Positions 42,969 through 53,616 of a stretch of 64,000 nt of DNA are shown here, piece after piece; position 1 is the stretch's first letter; each line of letters opens with the position of its first letter. The DNA lies in NCBI GenBank assembly GCA_012514175.1, contig JAAZAU010000008.1:977-64976 (forward strand), in the 5' to 3' direction. Source of the stretch: Parcubacteria group bacterium (lineage in GTDB: Bacteria; Patescibacteriota; Minisyncoccia; Phycocordibacterales; WO2-35-19). The notes beneath the pieces are model-generated. The model ran no database searches. It was not told where the DNA came from and saw only the letters and a list, made by a program, of their open reading frames with translations. A program made the translations under genes and the position numbers.

Positions 42969-44675
42969 CTATTCTAAATACTCGGGAGTATTTACTGCCA
43001 TCCAATCTAAAAGAGTGCGCATTACGAAAGTGCCCCCAATAAGATTTGTAACAGGACCTTTTTCCATTACTACGGTAAAAGCATACTTGGGATTTTCGTA
43101 AGGCCAAAAACCAATAATCCAAGAGTTTACAAATTGTTTATAAGCGCCAAGTTCGGCGGTCCCAGTCTTGCCCGCCACTTTAATCGCAGAAGTGTTGAGT
43201 CCAGAAGCCGCTCCTTCTGTAATAGACATTCTCATACCTTCTCTAGCTATTTGAAAATTCTTTTCTTCTCCTGATACTTTTTTCCCAGAAGCAACAGTGC
43301 TGGTGCTAGTAAACAAAATAGAAGGGGTTAAAAGTTTACCACCATTAGCTAAAGCTGAAGTGGCTACCACCGCTTGTATGGGAGTAATTTGGGTTCCATA
43401 TTGACCAATAGCGGTATGATAAGTATTCCCAACTCTCCAAACATCACCTTCAAAAGTTTTTTCTTTCCACTCCGGGTCTGGAATAACTCCAGTTTCTTCT
43501 TTTTGAGAATCAAAACCAGTTTTTTTAGTAAAACCAAAAGCTTCTAAATATTTTTTTATATTTGCGATTCCTAAACCTTTTTGATCACCAAAACCGCCCC
43601 CTATTTGGTAAAAATAAATATCTGAAGAAACAGCAATAGCTCTCCTCATATCTACAGCACCATGGACTTTCCAGTCTTTAAAAATAGTAGGTTTATCTGG
43701 ATTGTAAGGATTAGGCACAACCAATTGACCAGTGCTCATTATTTCTTTCTCTGGGGTAATAATATTTTCCTCCAAAGCAGCGAAAGCCAAAAAAGGTTTG
43801 ACTATGGAACCCGGAGTATAAAGACCAGAAATAATTCTGTTTAAAAAAGGATTACGACTATCTTTATAATAACTTTCAATTTTTTCTACATCCTTACCTT
43901 CCGTCATTATTTCAGAATTGTATTCAGGAAAACTGATTAAAGCCAAAAGTTCGCCCGATTCAACATCCATAATAACTCCCGCGCCACCCTGAAAACCAGA
44001 TGAACCAGCAAGATTTTTGATAATATCAAAAAGTTTAGCTTGCACCCTAGAGTCAATTGACAAAACCACATCTTCACCATCTTTAGCAGGCCTCACCACA
44101 CTTTGAGAAACAATACTACCGTCAACCGCAGTTTCTACAAGCTTAGAACCGTTACGTCCTGTGAGTATTTCGTTCAAATATAATTCAACACCATCTTTAG
44201 GTGAAAATTCTTCTTCGTAATAAAAACCTGATTTATCCTTAGCGGGATATTTTACGAAACCGAGTAAGTTAGAAAAACCTGATTCTTCATAATATTTTCG
44301 CAGGGGAAAATCAGCATCTGCGTCAGTCTTGTCATTCCAAATTAATTTTTGTCCTTCTCGACTATAAACAGCGCCCCTAGGAGCAACAAGAAGTATTTGT
44401 TTAAGTTTGTTGTTTTCACTTCTATTTTTATAAAATTCTCCATTTGCTATCTGCAAGGAACCAAATTTAAACAAAAAAACACCAGCAATAACAAGACAAA
44501 CAAAACCTAGAATCGGAAATACTTTGGGAGAAATAGACTTTTCTAAACGACCTTCAAATTGGTAAATATCAAAATGTGGCAAATTTTTAGAATCAATAAA
44601 AATATCTTCAGGATCTATCGCCTCGTATCGCTTTTTTTTCCACTTTCCTATTAACTTATTTAAATAACCGAGCAT
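42969..44675 (-). CDS. mrdA: Penicillin-binding protein 2 (elongasome transpeptidase)
   Basis: SxxK (GSIVKP), SSD, and KTGTAE motifs. Adjacent to mreBCD. Confidence 0.8.
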   Translation of the reverse strand: MLGYLNKLIGKWKKKRYEAIDPEDIFIDSKNLPHFDIYQFEGRLEKSISPKVFPILGFVCLVIAGVFLFKFGSLQIANGEFYKNRSENNKLKQILLVAPRGAVYSREGQKLIWNDKTDADADFPLRKYYEESGFSNLLGFVKYPAKDKSGFYYEEEFSPKDGVELYLNEILTGRNGSKLVETAVDGSIVSQSVVRPAKDGEDVVLSIDSRVQAKLFDIIKNLAGSSGFQGGAGVIMDVESGELLALISFPEYNSEIMTEGKDVEKIESYYKDSRNPFLNRIISGLYTPGSIVKPFLAFAALEENIITPEKEIMSTGQLVVPNPYNPDKPTIFKDWKVHGAVDMRRAIAVSSDIYFYQIGGGFGDQKGLGIANIKKYLEAFGFTKKTGFDSQKEETGVIPDPEWKEKTFEGDVWRVGNTYHTAIGQYGTQITPIQAVVATSALANGGKLLTPSILFTSTSTVASGKKVSGEEKNFQIAREGMRMSITEGAASGLNTSAIKVAGKTGTAELGAYKQFVNSWIIGFWPYENPKYAFTVVMEKGPVTNLIGGTFVMRTLLDWMAVNTPEYLE

Positions 44676-44681
44676 AATTAA

Positions 44682-44975
44682 TTAAAGAAATCGACGCCAG
44701 TAAATTTTGTCACTCATAAACATCACCAACATCACAAGACAAATAGAAAATATCAAAAATAAATATGTATGTATAAACCCATCTCCAAGATAATAAACCA
44801 TATCAAGCAACACTCCTACAAAAATTATTTCATAAGGCGAATTAACAAAGCAGGCAAAAATAAAAGCCAACGGGAAAAAAAGCCACCAACCAAACATAAT
44901 TGGAATCACAACCACAGCTAAAGAAGATAATATTCTAAAAACCAAAAACATTGATCTATTGATTTTGACACACAA
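44682..44975 (-). CDS. mreD: Small polytopic membrane protein, MreD-like by position
   Basis: 97 aa, about 3 TM segments. Lies between mreC and PBP2. Confidence 0.4.
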   Translation of the reverse strand: MCVKINRSMFLVFRILSSLAVVVIPIMFGWWLFFPLAFIFACFVNSPYEIIFVGVLLDMVYYLGDGFIHTYLFLIFSICLVMLVMFMSDKIYWRRFL

Positions 44976-45747
44976 AAACTATACCGATTTTTGAAATATC
45001 AACCGGTAAAGACATCATAGCATTTTTGAATCCCGAAGAACTATCTTCATCTACAACACCAACAACAGCTATAAGATACTCGGAAGAACCACCTACCATT
45101 ATTTTGTCTCCAACAATTATATCAAAATCAATAGGCACTCTAACTTCCAAATTACCACCCCCCACACCTTCTACTTCTACAGGTTCATTAGTGCGAGCCA
45201 CATAACCGTAAGAAATCTGACCAACAAAAGAATTTAGTTTTACAATTGCTTGATTACCAGATTTTTCTGCAATTTTCCCTATCATAACTCTGTCACTCGC
45301 TAAAACCAACCCTCCTTCTTCAAGATTATTATCAAAATTTGTATCAATAAATATAGAATCTAAAGGAACTTGCGGAGGTTTTGCTGTCACAGCAACAGCA
45401 ACAAAATTATCTATGGGTTTTAATTTAAGTTCCTCTCGTAATTTTTGATTTTCATATTTTAAAGATTCATAATCTAAAACAGCGAGACGCCAATCTTCAG
45501 ACTGAGATCTTAATAAATTATTTTCTTCAACAAGATCATCTTTATCAGAAAAATATTTTGGTATTTGACCAAATTTATCATAAAAATAATTACCAGATTT
45601 AAACAAAGGAGAAAATATATTTGAAAAAACAGAGCGCACTGGTTTCAACGTGCCAAGCACAACCAAAAGACCAGCCACAATTAAAACTATAAAAAACTTG
45701 GTGGGAGTTTTTTTAGGTCTTTTAGTGGTTTGTATTAGGTACGTCAT
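44956..45747 (-). CDS. mreC: Rod shape-determining protein MreC
   Basis: N-terminal TM, coiled coil, C-terminal beta-rich domain. Immediately downstream of mreB. Confidence 0.7.
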   Translation of the reverse strand: MTYLIQTTKRPKKTPTKFFIVLIVAGLLVVLGTLKPVRSVFSNIFSPLFKSGNYFYDKFGQIPKYFSDKDDLVEENNLLRSQSEDWRLAVLDYESLKYENQKLREELKLKPIDNFVAVAVTAKPPQVPLDSIFIDTNFDNNLEEGGLVLASDRVMIGKIAEKSGNQAIVKLNSFVGQISYGYVARTNEPVEVEGVGGGNLEVRVPIDFDIIVGDKIMVGGSSEYLIAVVGVVDEDSSSGFKNAMMSLPVDISKIGIVFVCQNQ

Positions 45748-46789
45748 TTTCGTCAGCGATTAATATATCTTTAAATTCTTCTAATTTTTCCAAAATAATA
45801 CCAGTGCCACGAACTACACAAGTAAGCGGATCATCAGCTATATAAACCGGCATTTTTATTTCTTCTTTTAGTATTTCCGCAAATCCTTTAATCAAAGCAC
45901 CGCCACCAGCTAAATAAACACCTCTATGCATTATGTCGGAAAGAACTTCTGGTGGTGTCACTTCCAAAACTTCTTTAACTGCTTCAACTAATATTTCTAT
46001 AGAATGAGAAATAGCTTCTCGCACATCAGAATCGGTTACAACAACCTCTTTAGGTAAACCAGTTATAAGATCTCTACCTCTCGCTTGTGTTTCTAGTGGG
46101 TTTTCTGTAGGTAAAAGAGAAGTTATAGAAACTTTAATATTTTCTGATGTTTTTTCACCAATAATAATTTTAAATTCACTTCTTACATAAGCAGAAATAT
46201 CAGAATTGAGTTTATCTCCCGCAATACGCACATTTTTAGTGCTAACCACACCGCCAAGTGAAATAACCGCAATATCGGCAGTGCCTCCACCCATATCTAT
46301 AACCATATTACCGACTGGCTCTTTTATTGGTAAATGCATACCTATGGCAGCAGCCATCGGCTCTTCTACAACATGCACTATACTAGCACCAGCATTTTTG
46401 GTAGCATCTCTGACCGCTCTGGTCTCAACATTAGTAATACTTGAAGGCACCCCGACAACTACCCGAGGACCTAGAAACTTTCTTGAAACCTTCTGAGCTT
46501 TGTTAAGAAGATAACGGAGCATTTCTTCGGTTACTTCAAAATCCGAAATAACTCCACCAACAATTGGTCTTACAGCAACAATGTGTGGAGGGGTGCGACC
46601 AAGCATTCTTTTAGCCTCAGTGCCCACAGCAACCACCTGACCTGTCTTTTGATTAACAGCAACAACCGAAGGCTCATTCAAAATAATGCCTTTACCTTTC
46701 ACATAAAGCAGTGTATTGGTTGTTCCTAAATCAATACCAATATCGTTGCGCAAAACTCGCATCCATTGCTCTAATTTCTCTTTTAACAT
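45722..46789 (-). CDS. mreB: Rod shape-determining protein MreB
   Basis: Actin-fold phosphate motifs DLGTTNT and GGGTADIAV. Confidence 0.9.
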   Translation of the reverse strand: MLKEKLEQWMRVLRNDIGIDLGTTNTLLYVKGKGIILNEPSVVAVNQKTGQVVAVGTEAKRMLGRTPPHIVAVRPIVGGVISDFEVTEEMLRYLLNKAQKVSRKFLGPRVVVGVPSSITNVETRAVRDATKNAGASIVHVVEEPMAAAIGMHLPIKEPVGNMVIDMGGGTADIAVISLGGVVSTKNVRIAGDKLNSDISAYVRSEFKIIIGEKTSENIKVSITSLLPTENPLETQARGRDLITGLPKEVVVTDSDVREAISHSIEILVEAVKEVLEVTPPEVLSDIMHRGVYLAGGGALIKGFAEILKEEIKMPVYIADDPLTCVVRGTGIILEKLEEFKDILIADENDVPNTNH

Positions 46790-46847
46790 ACGTACGAATA
46801 ATTTAACACAAATTTCTGAATTCGTCGCTGTTTTGTTTTTTAGGTTT

Positions 46848-48092
46848 TTATTTCAAAAGATTGTCAATTTCACTTTCGGAAATCATTTTAACTTCACCGG
46901 TCTTTCTATTTTTGAATTCTAATTTTCCAGAAGCAACATTTTTTTCGCTAACAATAATTTGGTAAGGCATCCCAAGCAGATCTGCATCTGCAAACTTTTC
47001 TCCAGCTCTTGCGTCTCTGTCATCATACAAAACGTTATTTTCGCCAAGTTTTTTATAAATCTTTTCTGACATTTCTTTCACTTCAGGTTTTTCTGAAGGT
47101 ATTTCAACTAAACTAAATTTAAAAGGCGCCACGCTCTCCGGCCAAACAATTCCTTTGTCATCAGAAAACACTTCAACAATAGTCCCCATAAGTCTCCCTA
47201 ATCCAATACCATAACAACCCATAAAGACTGATTCAAATTCTCCTTTTTCATTTTTGTATTTTAAATCAAATGGTTCTGAAAATTTAGTGCCAAGATTAAA
47301 TATATTTCCAACTTCAACAGCCTTTTTTTCAATAAGTTCATCTTTTTTCAACCCCAAACTTTCTATCGCCTCATCAGTATAAACTTCCTTATTGATAGCT
47401 ATTCTTTGTTGTTCATCAACATATATAGTGTCTTCGCCAGCTTCTGTTAAAGTTTGAAATTCGTGAGAAGATTTAGAAAAAGTGCCTCCAGACGAAAGAG
47501 TTATGTAAGTTGAGTTACCAATACCAACTCTTTCAAATATGTTTTGATATGCAACCTTTGCTTTCTCATAAAAAACATTATGCTCAGCTTCGTTTTTAGA
47601 AAATGAATACAGAGCTTTCCAATAAAATTCTCTACCTCTCATTATTCCAGATTTACTTCTGGCTTCATTCCTGAAAATCTCTTTAAAGTCATAAGGATAG
47701 ATCGGTAAATCTTTATAAGAGTTGATATATTGTTTTAAAATGTTGGAATAAGCTTCTTCATTAGTCCAGGACAAACCAACATCTGTCCCATTTTTTAATT
47801 TTGTTTTAAACCAGTTGTCCACCACACCATCATCCCACCTGTTTGTTTTTTCCCAAACTTCTTTGTTTTGAAGTATAGATGTTTTCATTTCGGTACCTCC
47901 GATAGCGTTCATTTCCTCTCTAATAATACCTTCTATTTTTTTAATCACACTCAAACCAAGTGGTAAATATGAATACACTCCCGCCATCTCTTTATGAACA
48001 TAACCGCCACGTATCAAAAATTGTGCATTTTTAGCGGTTTCATCTGCTGGCGCTTCGCGTCTGGTTTTTGTAAAAAGTCGTGATTGTCTCAT
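46848..48092 (-). CDS. proS: Proline--tRNA ligase (short form without editing insertion)
   Basis: Colinear with ProRS: RGGY...AGVYSYLPLG, class II motifs, REFYWKALYSF. Confidence 0.8.
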   Translation of the reverse strand: MRQSRLFTKTRREAPADETAKNAQFLIRGGYVHKEMAGVYSYLPLGLSVIKKIEGIIREEMNAIGGTEMKTSILQNKEVWEKTNRWDDGVVDNWFKTKLKNGTDVGLSWTNEEAYSNILKQYINSYKDLPIYPYDFKEIFRNEARSKSGIMRGREFYWKALYSFSKNEAEHNVFYEKAKVAYQNIFERVGIGNSTYITLSSGGTFSKSSHEFQTLTEAGEDTIYVDEQQRIAINKEVYTDEAIESLGLKKDELIEKKAVEVGNIFNLGTKFSEPFDLKYKNEKGEFESVFMGCYGIGLGRLMGTIVEVFSDDKGIVWPESVAPFKFSLVEIPSEKPEVKEMSEKIYKKLGENNVLYDDRDARAGEKFADADLLGMPYQIIVSEKNVASGKLEFKNRKTGEVKMISESEIDNLLK

Positions 48093-48140
48093 TTTTTTAT
48101 CTTACCTTAAACATTTATTTTTTGCATCAAAATAAAATTT

Positions 48141-49301
48141 TTAAAAAAGTTTCAAGATATCACGGTAAGTGATGACAACCATAAGAGCAATAAGTAAAAA
48201 GAAGCCGATAGTGTTAAGAGTGTTAGCCACCTTAGGGTTGATAGGTTTTCTAGTAATACTTTCTATTATCACAAAAAGCACTCTACCCCCATCAAGCGCG
48301 GGAAATGGAACTAAATTGATGACCGCTAGATTAATAGATATTAAAGCTGTAAAAGTTAAAAGATAAGCAAAACCGAGTCTGCTCGCGTCGCCCACCAAAC
48401 CAATAATACCAACTGGACCAGAAACTTGAGAAATATTAGCTTGACCTTTCACAGCGTCTTTTATGAGCCCCGCTATGCCTTTCACGGTCAAGACAGAAAT
48501 CTCAGCAGTGCTTCTACCACCTTGATAAATTGCTTTATGAACGGGTAAAGAAAGTGTTCCTACCATATCCATATTGATACCTATCATTTTTTTACTTTGT
48601 GAATCATCAACTTTAGGAACAATTTCAAAATCTAAAATTTCCCCACCACGATCAACCCGAATAGACATCTCCCCAGAAGAATCATTTATAAAATTAGGCA
48701 CGTTATCTAAAGTTGGTAACTCTAATGTGCCAATATTTGAAGAAAGTTCTTTAATTTTATCACCAGCTTTAAGACCAGTCTCTTGAGCTGGCCAACCATC
48801 AATCGTTTCTATTATAGTCAACGAAGGATCTTTCACGTCACCACCAAAATTATTGTCAACTGAAACCGGCACCCCAAACATAAAACTGATGGAAAAAAGA
48901 AACCAAGCAAAAAGAACATTAAACGCAACACCCGCGCAAAGCACCGCAGCCTGCCACTTTTTAGAAACTTGAGTGAATCTTTTACCCACAGAAACATCTC
49001 CCGAAGAAAGTTTATCTGAGCTTTGTAAAGAAATCTGAGTATTTTCTGAAAAAGAATTTTCTTTTGAATCTGGCTCATCTTCTTCATAATCTTCTCCAAA
49101 AATTTTGACAAAACCTCCAAATGGAATCCAATTTAAAGTAAACAAAGTCCCCCATTTCTTACCAAGAATTTTAGCGCGTGGCGGAAACCCGAGGCCAAAT
49201 TCATCCACCCTAATCCCAGCTTTTTTGGCAACCAAAAAATGCCCAAGTTCATGGACAAAAACCAGCACCCCTAAAATAATCAGAAAAATTAAAAATGTCA
49301 T
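48141..49301 (-). CDS. rseP: RIP site-2 metalloprotease RseP (M50)
   Basis: HELGHFLV in TM1, a PDZ-like middle region, and the LDGG motif near the C-terminus. Confidence 0.85.
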   Translation of the reverse strand: MTFLIFLIILGVLVFVHELGHFLVAKKAGIRVDEFGLGFPPRAKILGKKWGTLFTLNWIPFGGFVKIFGEDYEEDEPDSKENSFSENTQISLQSSDKLSSGDVSVGKRFTQVSKKWQAAVLCAGVAFNVLFAWFLFSISFMFGVPVSVDNNFGGDVKDPSLTIIETIDGWPAQETGLKAGDKIKELSSNIGTLELPTLDNVPNFINDSSGEMSIRVDRGGEILDFEIVPKVDDSQSKKMIGINMDMVGTLSLPVHKAIYQGGRSTAEISVLTVKGIAGLIKDAVKGQANISQVSGPVGIIGLVGDASRLGFAYLLTFTALISINLAVINLVPFPALDGGRVLFVIIESITRKPINPKVANTLNTIGFFLLIALMVVITYRDILKLF

Positions 49302-49306
49302 TAAAA

Positions 49307-49855
49307 CTAATTTCTTATTTCAGACTCTTTCTTGTCAGTTAATTCTTGTAATTTGGTATTAGCGGCATCTATTATTTTTTGCATTTCTTCCTTCAGTCTA
49401 AATTTGTCATCTTCACCCATACCACCAGCTTTTTCTTTTTCGTCTATCGCCTTGCTTGTTTTATCACGCAAAGCTCTAATAGAAACTTTAGCTTCTTCAA
49501 ATTTTTGTTTAGCAACTTTTACAAATTGGAGCCTTCTTTCTTCAGTTAAATCTGGAAAAATGATACGCAAACCTTTTTCAAAGGGCGCCACCGATAGACC
49601 TAAATTTGAATCATTGATTGCTCTTTCAATGTTCTTACCAATAGTAGCATCCCAAGGTTCCACCCTTACAGTTTTAGCATCTTCGGTTGTTATGTTGGCC
49701 AATTCCCTGACAGGCATACGTGAACCATAAGCCTCAACTTGAACTGTATCAAGAATAGCGGACGTAGCACGACCAGTGCGAATAGAAGTAAACTCTTTCG
49801 CGAGCCATTTTTCTATATCTTGGCACTTTTCTTTTAATTCTGAAAAATCAAACAT
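49307..49855 (-). CDS. frr: Ribosome recycling factor
   Basis: Full-length RRF pattern (182 aa, IRTGRA..LD.V.VE.YG). Confidence 0.9.
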   Translation of the reverse strand: MFDFSELKEKCQDIEKWLAKEFTSIRTGRATSAILDTVQVEAYGSRMPVRELANITTEDAKTVRVEPWDATIGKNIERAINDSNLGLSVAPFEKGLRIIFPDLTEERRLQFVKVAKQKFEEAKVSIRALRDKTSKAIDEKEKAGGMGEDDKFRLKEEMQKIIDAANTKLQELTDKKESEIRN

Positions 49856-49859
49856 AATA

Positions 49860-50558
49860 CTATTGTAACATACAAGCCAACCATTCCAAAAGCACCTTTG
49901 GAGAACTGCCTTTGTTTGAAGCTAATATCTTAGCTTTTAATAAATAATCTAAATTCTTCGCGTCAGTTTTATTTAATTGTGAATTTTTGGTCAAATGTTG
50001 ACGATACACTTCCTCTAAATTTTTCAAAACTTCTCTAGCATCGGTTTTGTCAGCATTTTTCGTGAGTGTTTTTATCATTGTAAACTTGTCATTTATATCT
50101 GAATTTAAAAACTTCAGAGCTCTTTTTTGAGCGAGAGAAACTGTAGAATTATTCTCTTGTTCAGAAAAATTTTCTATAATCCTAACTCTGGAAAGAAAAG
50201 TCGGCAGGACGCCACCTAAACTGGCGAGATTTATAAAGATGTAAGTCCCAAATGGTGGTTCCTCTAAAGTTTTAAGCAAAGCGTTTTGAGCTTCGTGAGT
50301 AATAGACTCCACATAAATAAAAGAGGCTTTTATTTTCCCCACGAGAGGCTTGCCGATAACCCAATTTTCAAAATCACGCACATCGCTTATACCAAAAGAT
50401 TTATTTTCAATTAACAAAAAATCGGGATTGGCGTGAATGTCAAAATTTACCCTTTCTTTCAATATTTTATAAACAAAATTACGGCCATCTCCCCCTACCA
50501 CTAAGTTAGCGTGATGTAATTTTATTTCCTGATCCATTTTTATATTATCTTTTCGCAA
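49860..50558 (-). CDS. holB: DNA polymerase III delta' subunit-like clamp-loader protein
   Basis: The sensor-1 region ALLKTLEEPP is typical of the delta'/tau family. No Walker A and short length, consistent with delta'. Confidence 0.65.
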   Translation of the reverse strand: MRKDNIKMDQEIKLHHANLVVGGDGRNFVYKILKERVNFDIHANPDFLLIENKSFGISDVRDFENWVIGKPLVGKIKASFIYVESITHEAQNALLKTLEEPPFGTYIFINLASLGGVLPTFLSRVRIIENFSEQENNSTVSLAQKRALKFLNSDINDKFTMIKTLTKNADKTDAREVLKNLEEVYRQHLTKNSQLNKTDAKNLDYLLKAKILASNKGSSPKVLLEWLACMLQ

Positions 50559-51558
50559 CCATTACTCTTTTGTAAGAATCTAAATGCTCCAAAGCGATAC
50601 CTGTGCCCTTAGCCACACAATAGAGTGGTTTTTCCGCCAATCTAGTTTTAACACCAACTCTTCTAAAAACAAGTTCTGGCAAATTACGAAGAGCAGAAGT
50701 GCCACCAGTCATAATGATGCCGTAATCTATAATATCCGCCGCAAGTTCTGGAGGAGTCTCTTGTAAAACATCTTTGATGGCTTTTATTATTTCTCTTAAT
50801 TCTCTTGAGATAGCTTTAACAATTTCGTTGGTTTTAATTTCCACCGATCTAGGAAGTCCCGAAACAAGATCTCTCCCCTTAATCACCATAGAAAATTCTT
50901 CATCTACCGGCAAAGCTGAGCCAATTTTTATTTTTATTTCTTCAGCGGTTTTATCACCAATAGCCAAGTTAAAAGTTTTTTTGATGTAATCAGCAATACT
51001 TTCATCTATTTTATTGCCAGCACATTTAACTGAAGTAGAAGAAACAATACCACCAAGAGAAATAACCGCCGCATCAGTCGTCCCACCGCCTATGTCCACC
51101 ACAATGTAACCTTTAGCTTCATAAATAGGAATACCAGCACCGATAGCCGCAAGTATAGGTTCTTTTACAACAAAAGCATTTTTTGCTCCAGCTTTAATCG
51201 CTGCTTCTATCACGGCACGTCTCTCAGTGGAGGTAACACCCGCCGGAACCGATATGAGCACTTCTGGCTTCACAAAACTAAATCTACCTAAAGCTTTTTT
51301 CATATAATAAGAAAGCATAGCTTCGGTCACTTTGTAATCGGCAATGACACCATCTTTCATGGGTCTGTAAGCCATAATGGCTTCGGGAGTTCGCCCAATC
51401 ATCACTTTAGCTTCATTACCCACAGCCAAAATTTTGTTGTTTTCAAGCAAAACCGCAACAACTGAAGGTTCATTTAAAACCACCCCTTTACCCGGCAAAA
51501 AAACCAGAGTATTTACGGTGCCTAAATCAATACCAAGTTTTTTATAAAAAAGTTTCAT
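50545..51558 (-). CDS. MreB-family actin homolog (second paralog in window)
   Basis: DLGTVNT, DIGGGTTD. About 45% identity to the mreB at 45.7-46.8 kb. Confidence 0.85.
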   Translation of the reverse strand: MKLFYKKLGIDLGTVNTLVFLPGKGVVLNEPSVVAVLLENNKILAVGNEAKVMIGRTPEAIMAYRPMKDGVIADYKVTEAMLSYYMKKALGRFSFVKPEVLISVPAGVTSTERRAVIEAAIKAGAKNAFVVKEPILAAIGAGIPIYEAKGYIVVDIGGGTTDAAVISLGGIVSSTSVKCAGNKIDESIADYIKKTFNLAIGDKTAEEIKIKIGSALPVDEEFSMVIKGRDLVSGLPRSVEIKTNEIVKAISRELREIIKAIKDVLQETPPELAADIIDYGIIMTGGTSALRNLPELVFRRVGVKTRLAEKPLYCVAKGTGIALEHLDSYKRVMVAKR

Positions 51559-51657
51559 TACACTAGAATTGAATAATATAATGATTTTATCTTTATTTCA
51601 AATATATAAGGCTTTGAAAAACTTGCGACTTTTTGATTTTTGTTTTTTACTTAAAGT

Positions 51658-53577
51658 ATGTTCCTAATTAACTGTCTACCATTTTTAAAAGGTCTGAATA
51701 AGGAGTCCCTTTCTTATTTTGGCCCAAAGTATATCAAACCAGGTTCTCTTGTAAAAATAAATGTAAGAGGAAAAGGTTTGCCTGCATTGGTGTTGGAAAG
51801 TAAAAATATAGTTGAGAAAAAAGCGGAGATAAAATCAGCGGATTTCAAATTGAAAAAAATCTCGGCAGTTTCTGCTAAACCTTTTCTACAAGAAGAATTT
51901 TTTGAATCTATCAAACAAATTTCAGAATATTTTGCATCACCATCAAGTGGTATTCTCGCTCATCTTATCCCAGTTTTTATTTTAGAAAATCCAGAAATTC
52001 TTTCTATATTAAAAGAACGTTCTACCAACAAAAAAAAGTTTGTAGAAAATGTTAAAAGTGAAGTCTCAGTTTTACAGGCTTCAGAAGATGAAAGATATAT
52101 ACATTACCGTTCTCTAATTAGAGAAGAATTTGCCAAAAAAAAATCAGTTTTTCTTTGTTTGCCTCAAAATGAGGATATCAAACATGCTAAAGAAAGATTG
52201 GGGCGTGGTATAGAAACTTACGTTTGCGCTTTTCATAAAGATATGAACACAAAAGAACTCAAGAAAGAGTGGAAGAAAGTGGTTTCTATGTCACATCCCG
52301 TTCTGATAATTGCTACCGGAAGATGGCTTTTTATACCTCGCGATGATATGGGCACCATTATCATAGACAAAGAAAATAGTAATGGTTGGAAAACTCTTTC
52401 GCGTCCATTTATAGATCTTAGATATTTTGCAGAAACACTAGCCAGCAAAAAAAATAGTCGCCTTATAATCGGTGACACATTTTTAAGAACAGAAACTTTA
52501 TACCGATACAAAAAAGGTGAAATCTCTGAATTTGAAAACGTTAAATGGCGTCTGCTGTCAGAAGTCCAAACCTTTATAATAGATTTAAAAAAGAACACAA
52601 AAAAAGAAAAGGAATTCAAAGCGGTATCAAACGAGTTACATAATCTTATTAAAGAGACAATAGAAAAAGGTTCGCGTATGTTTATTTTTGCAGCAAGAAA
52701 AGGTTTGTCGCCGATAACTATATGTAGAGATTGTGGCGAACAAGTAAAATGTTCCAATTGTGAATCTCCGGTAGTTTTATATAAAATCCGCTCAACTAAA
52801 GACGGAACAAGTAATGGTGCTTTTAAATGTCACCAATGTGGAGAAACTAGAGACGCCGCTGAAGTTTGTCAAAATTGCCGTAGCTGGAAACTAGCTGCTT
52901 TTGGTTCAGGCATTGATAGAATAGCAGAAGAAATAAAAAAAGAGCATCCTAATATAAAATTTTTTGAAATCCATAAAGACGCAGTTAGCACTGCCACTAA
53001 AGCCACTAATATTGCGGAAGATTTTTATAAAAACCGAGGGGCTATATTGCTGGGCACCGAGATGGCTTTTTCTTATTTAAATAAAAAAGTAACCAATTCT
53101 GCCATCGCTTCTTTTGATTCGCTTTTTTCTATACCGGATTTTCGCATTAGAGAAAAAATTTTCAGCACCATATTACAAACCAGAAATTTAGCAAAAAAGA
53201 ATTTTTTGATTCAAAGCCATAACCCAGAAGACCAAACGATTAAACTCGCCACAGCTGGTAATTTAGCGGATTTTTACAAAATAGAAATGGAAGATCGCGA
53301 AACTTTAGGTTATCCGCCTTTTGGTATATTTATAAAAATAACAGTAAGAGGCACCAGAAGTTTTGCTATCAAAGAAGCTGAAAAAACCAAAGTCATTCTG
53401 CAAGACTGGAATCCTGCCATTTTTTCCTCAGTTCACGAAAAAAAAGGTGAACAATTAGCGATCAATATAGTCATCAAAATATCTAGAGAAAATTGGCCAA
53501 ACAACGATTTAAAAAATATTTTGAAACTTTTACCACCGCATTTTGAAATAAAAATTGATCCAGATAACATCTTATAA
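51658..53577 (+). CDS. priA: Primosomal protein N' (PriA)-like protein with degenerate helicase motifs
   Basis: PriA-type N-terminal 3'-DNA-binding domain. Cys-rich zinc insert CRDCGEQVKCSNCESP...CHQCGETRD...CQNC. No recognisable Walker A, and the DExH box is degenerate. Confidence 0.6.
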   Translation: MFLINCLPFLKGLNKESLSYFGPKYIKPGSLVKINVRGKGLPALVLESKNIVEKKAEIKSADFKLKKISAVSAKPFLQEEFFESIKQISEYFASPSSGILAHLIPVFILENPEILSILKERSTNKKKFVENVKSEVSVLQASEDERYIHYRSLIREEFAKKKSVFLCLPQNEDIKHAKERLGRGIETYVCAFHKDMNTKELKKEWKKVVSMSHPVLIIATGRWLFIPRDDMGTIIIDKENSNGWKTLSRPFIDLRYFAETLASKKNSRLIIGDTFLRTETLYRYKKGEISEFENVKWRLLSEVQTFIIDLKKNTKKEKEFKAVSNELHNLIKETIEKGSRMFIFAARKGLSPITICRDCGEQVKCSNCESPVVLYKIRSTKDGTSNGAFKCHQCGETRDAAEVCQNCRSWKLAAFGSGIDRIAEEIKKEHPNIKFFEIHKDAVSTATKATNIAEDFYKNRGAILLGTEMAFSYLNKKVTNSAIASFDSLFSIPDFRIREKIFSTILQTRNLAKKNFLIQSHNPEDQTIKLATAGNLADFYKIEMEDRETLGYPPFGIFIKITVRGTRSFAIKEAEKTKVILQDWNPAIFSSVHEKKGEQLAINIVIKISRENWPNNDLKNILKLLPPHFEIKIDPDNIL

Positions 53578-53616
53578 CCTCTTTTTTATCAAGTAATTTT
53601 GTGTTAAAATAAAGAG

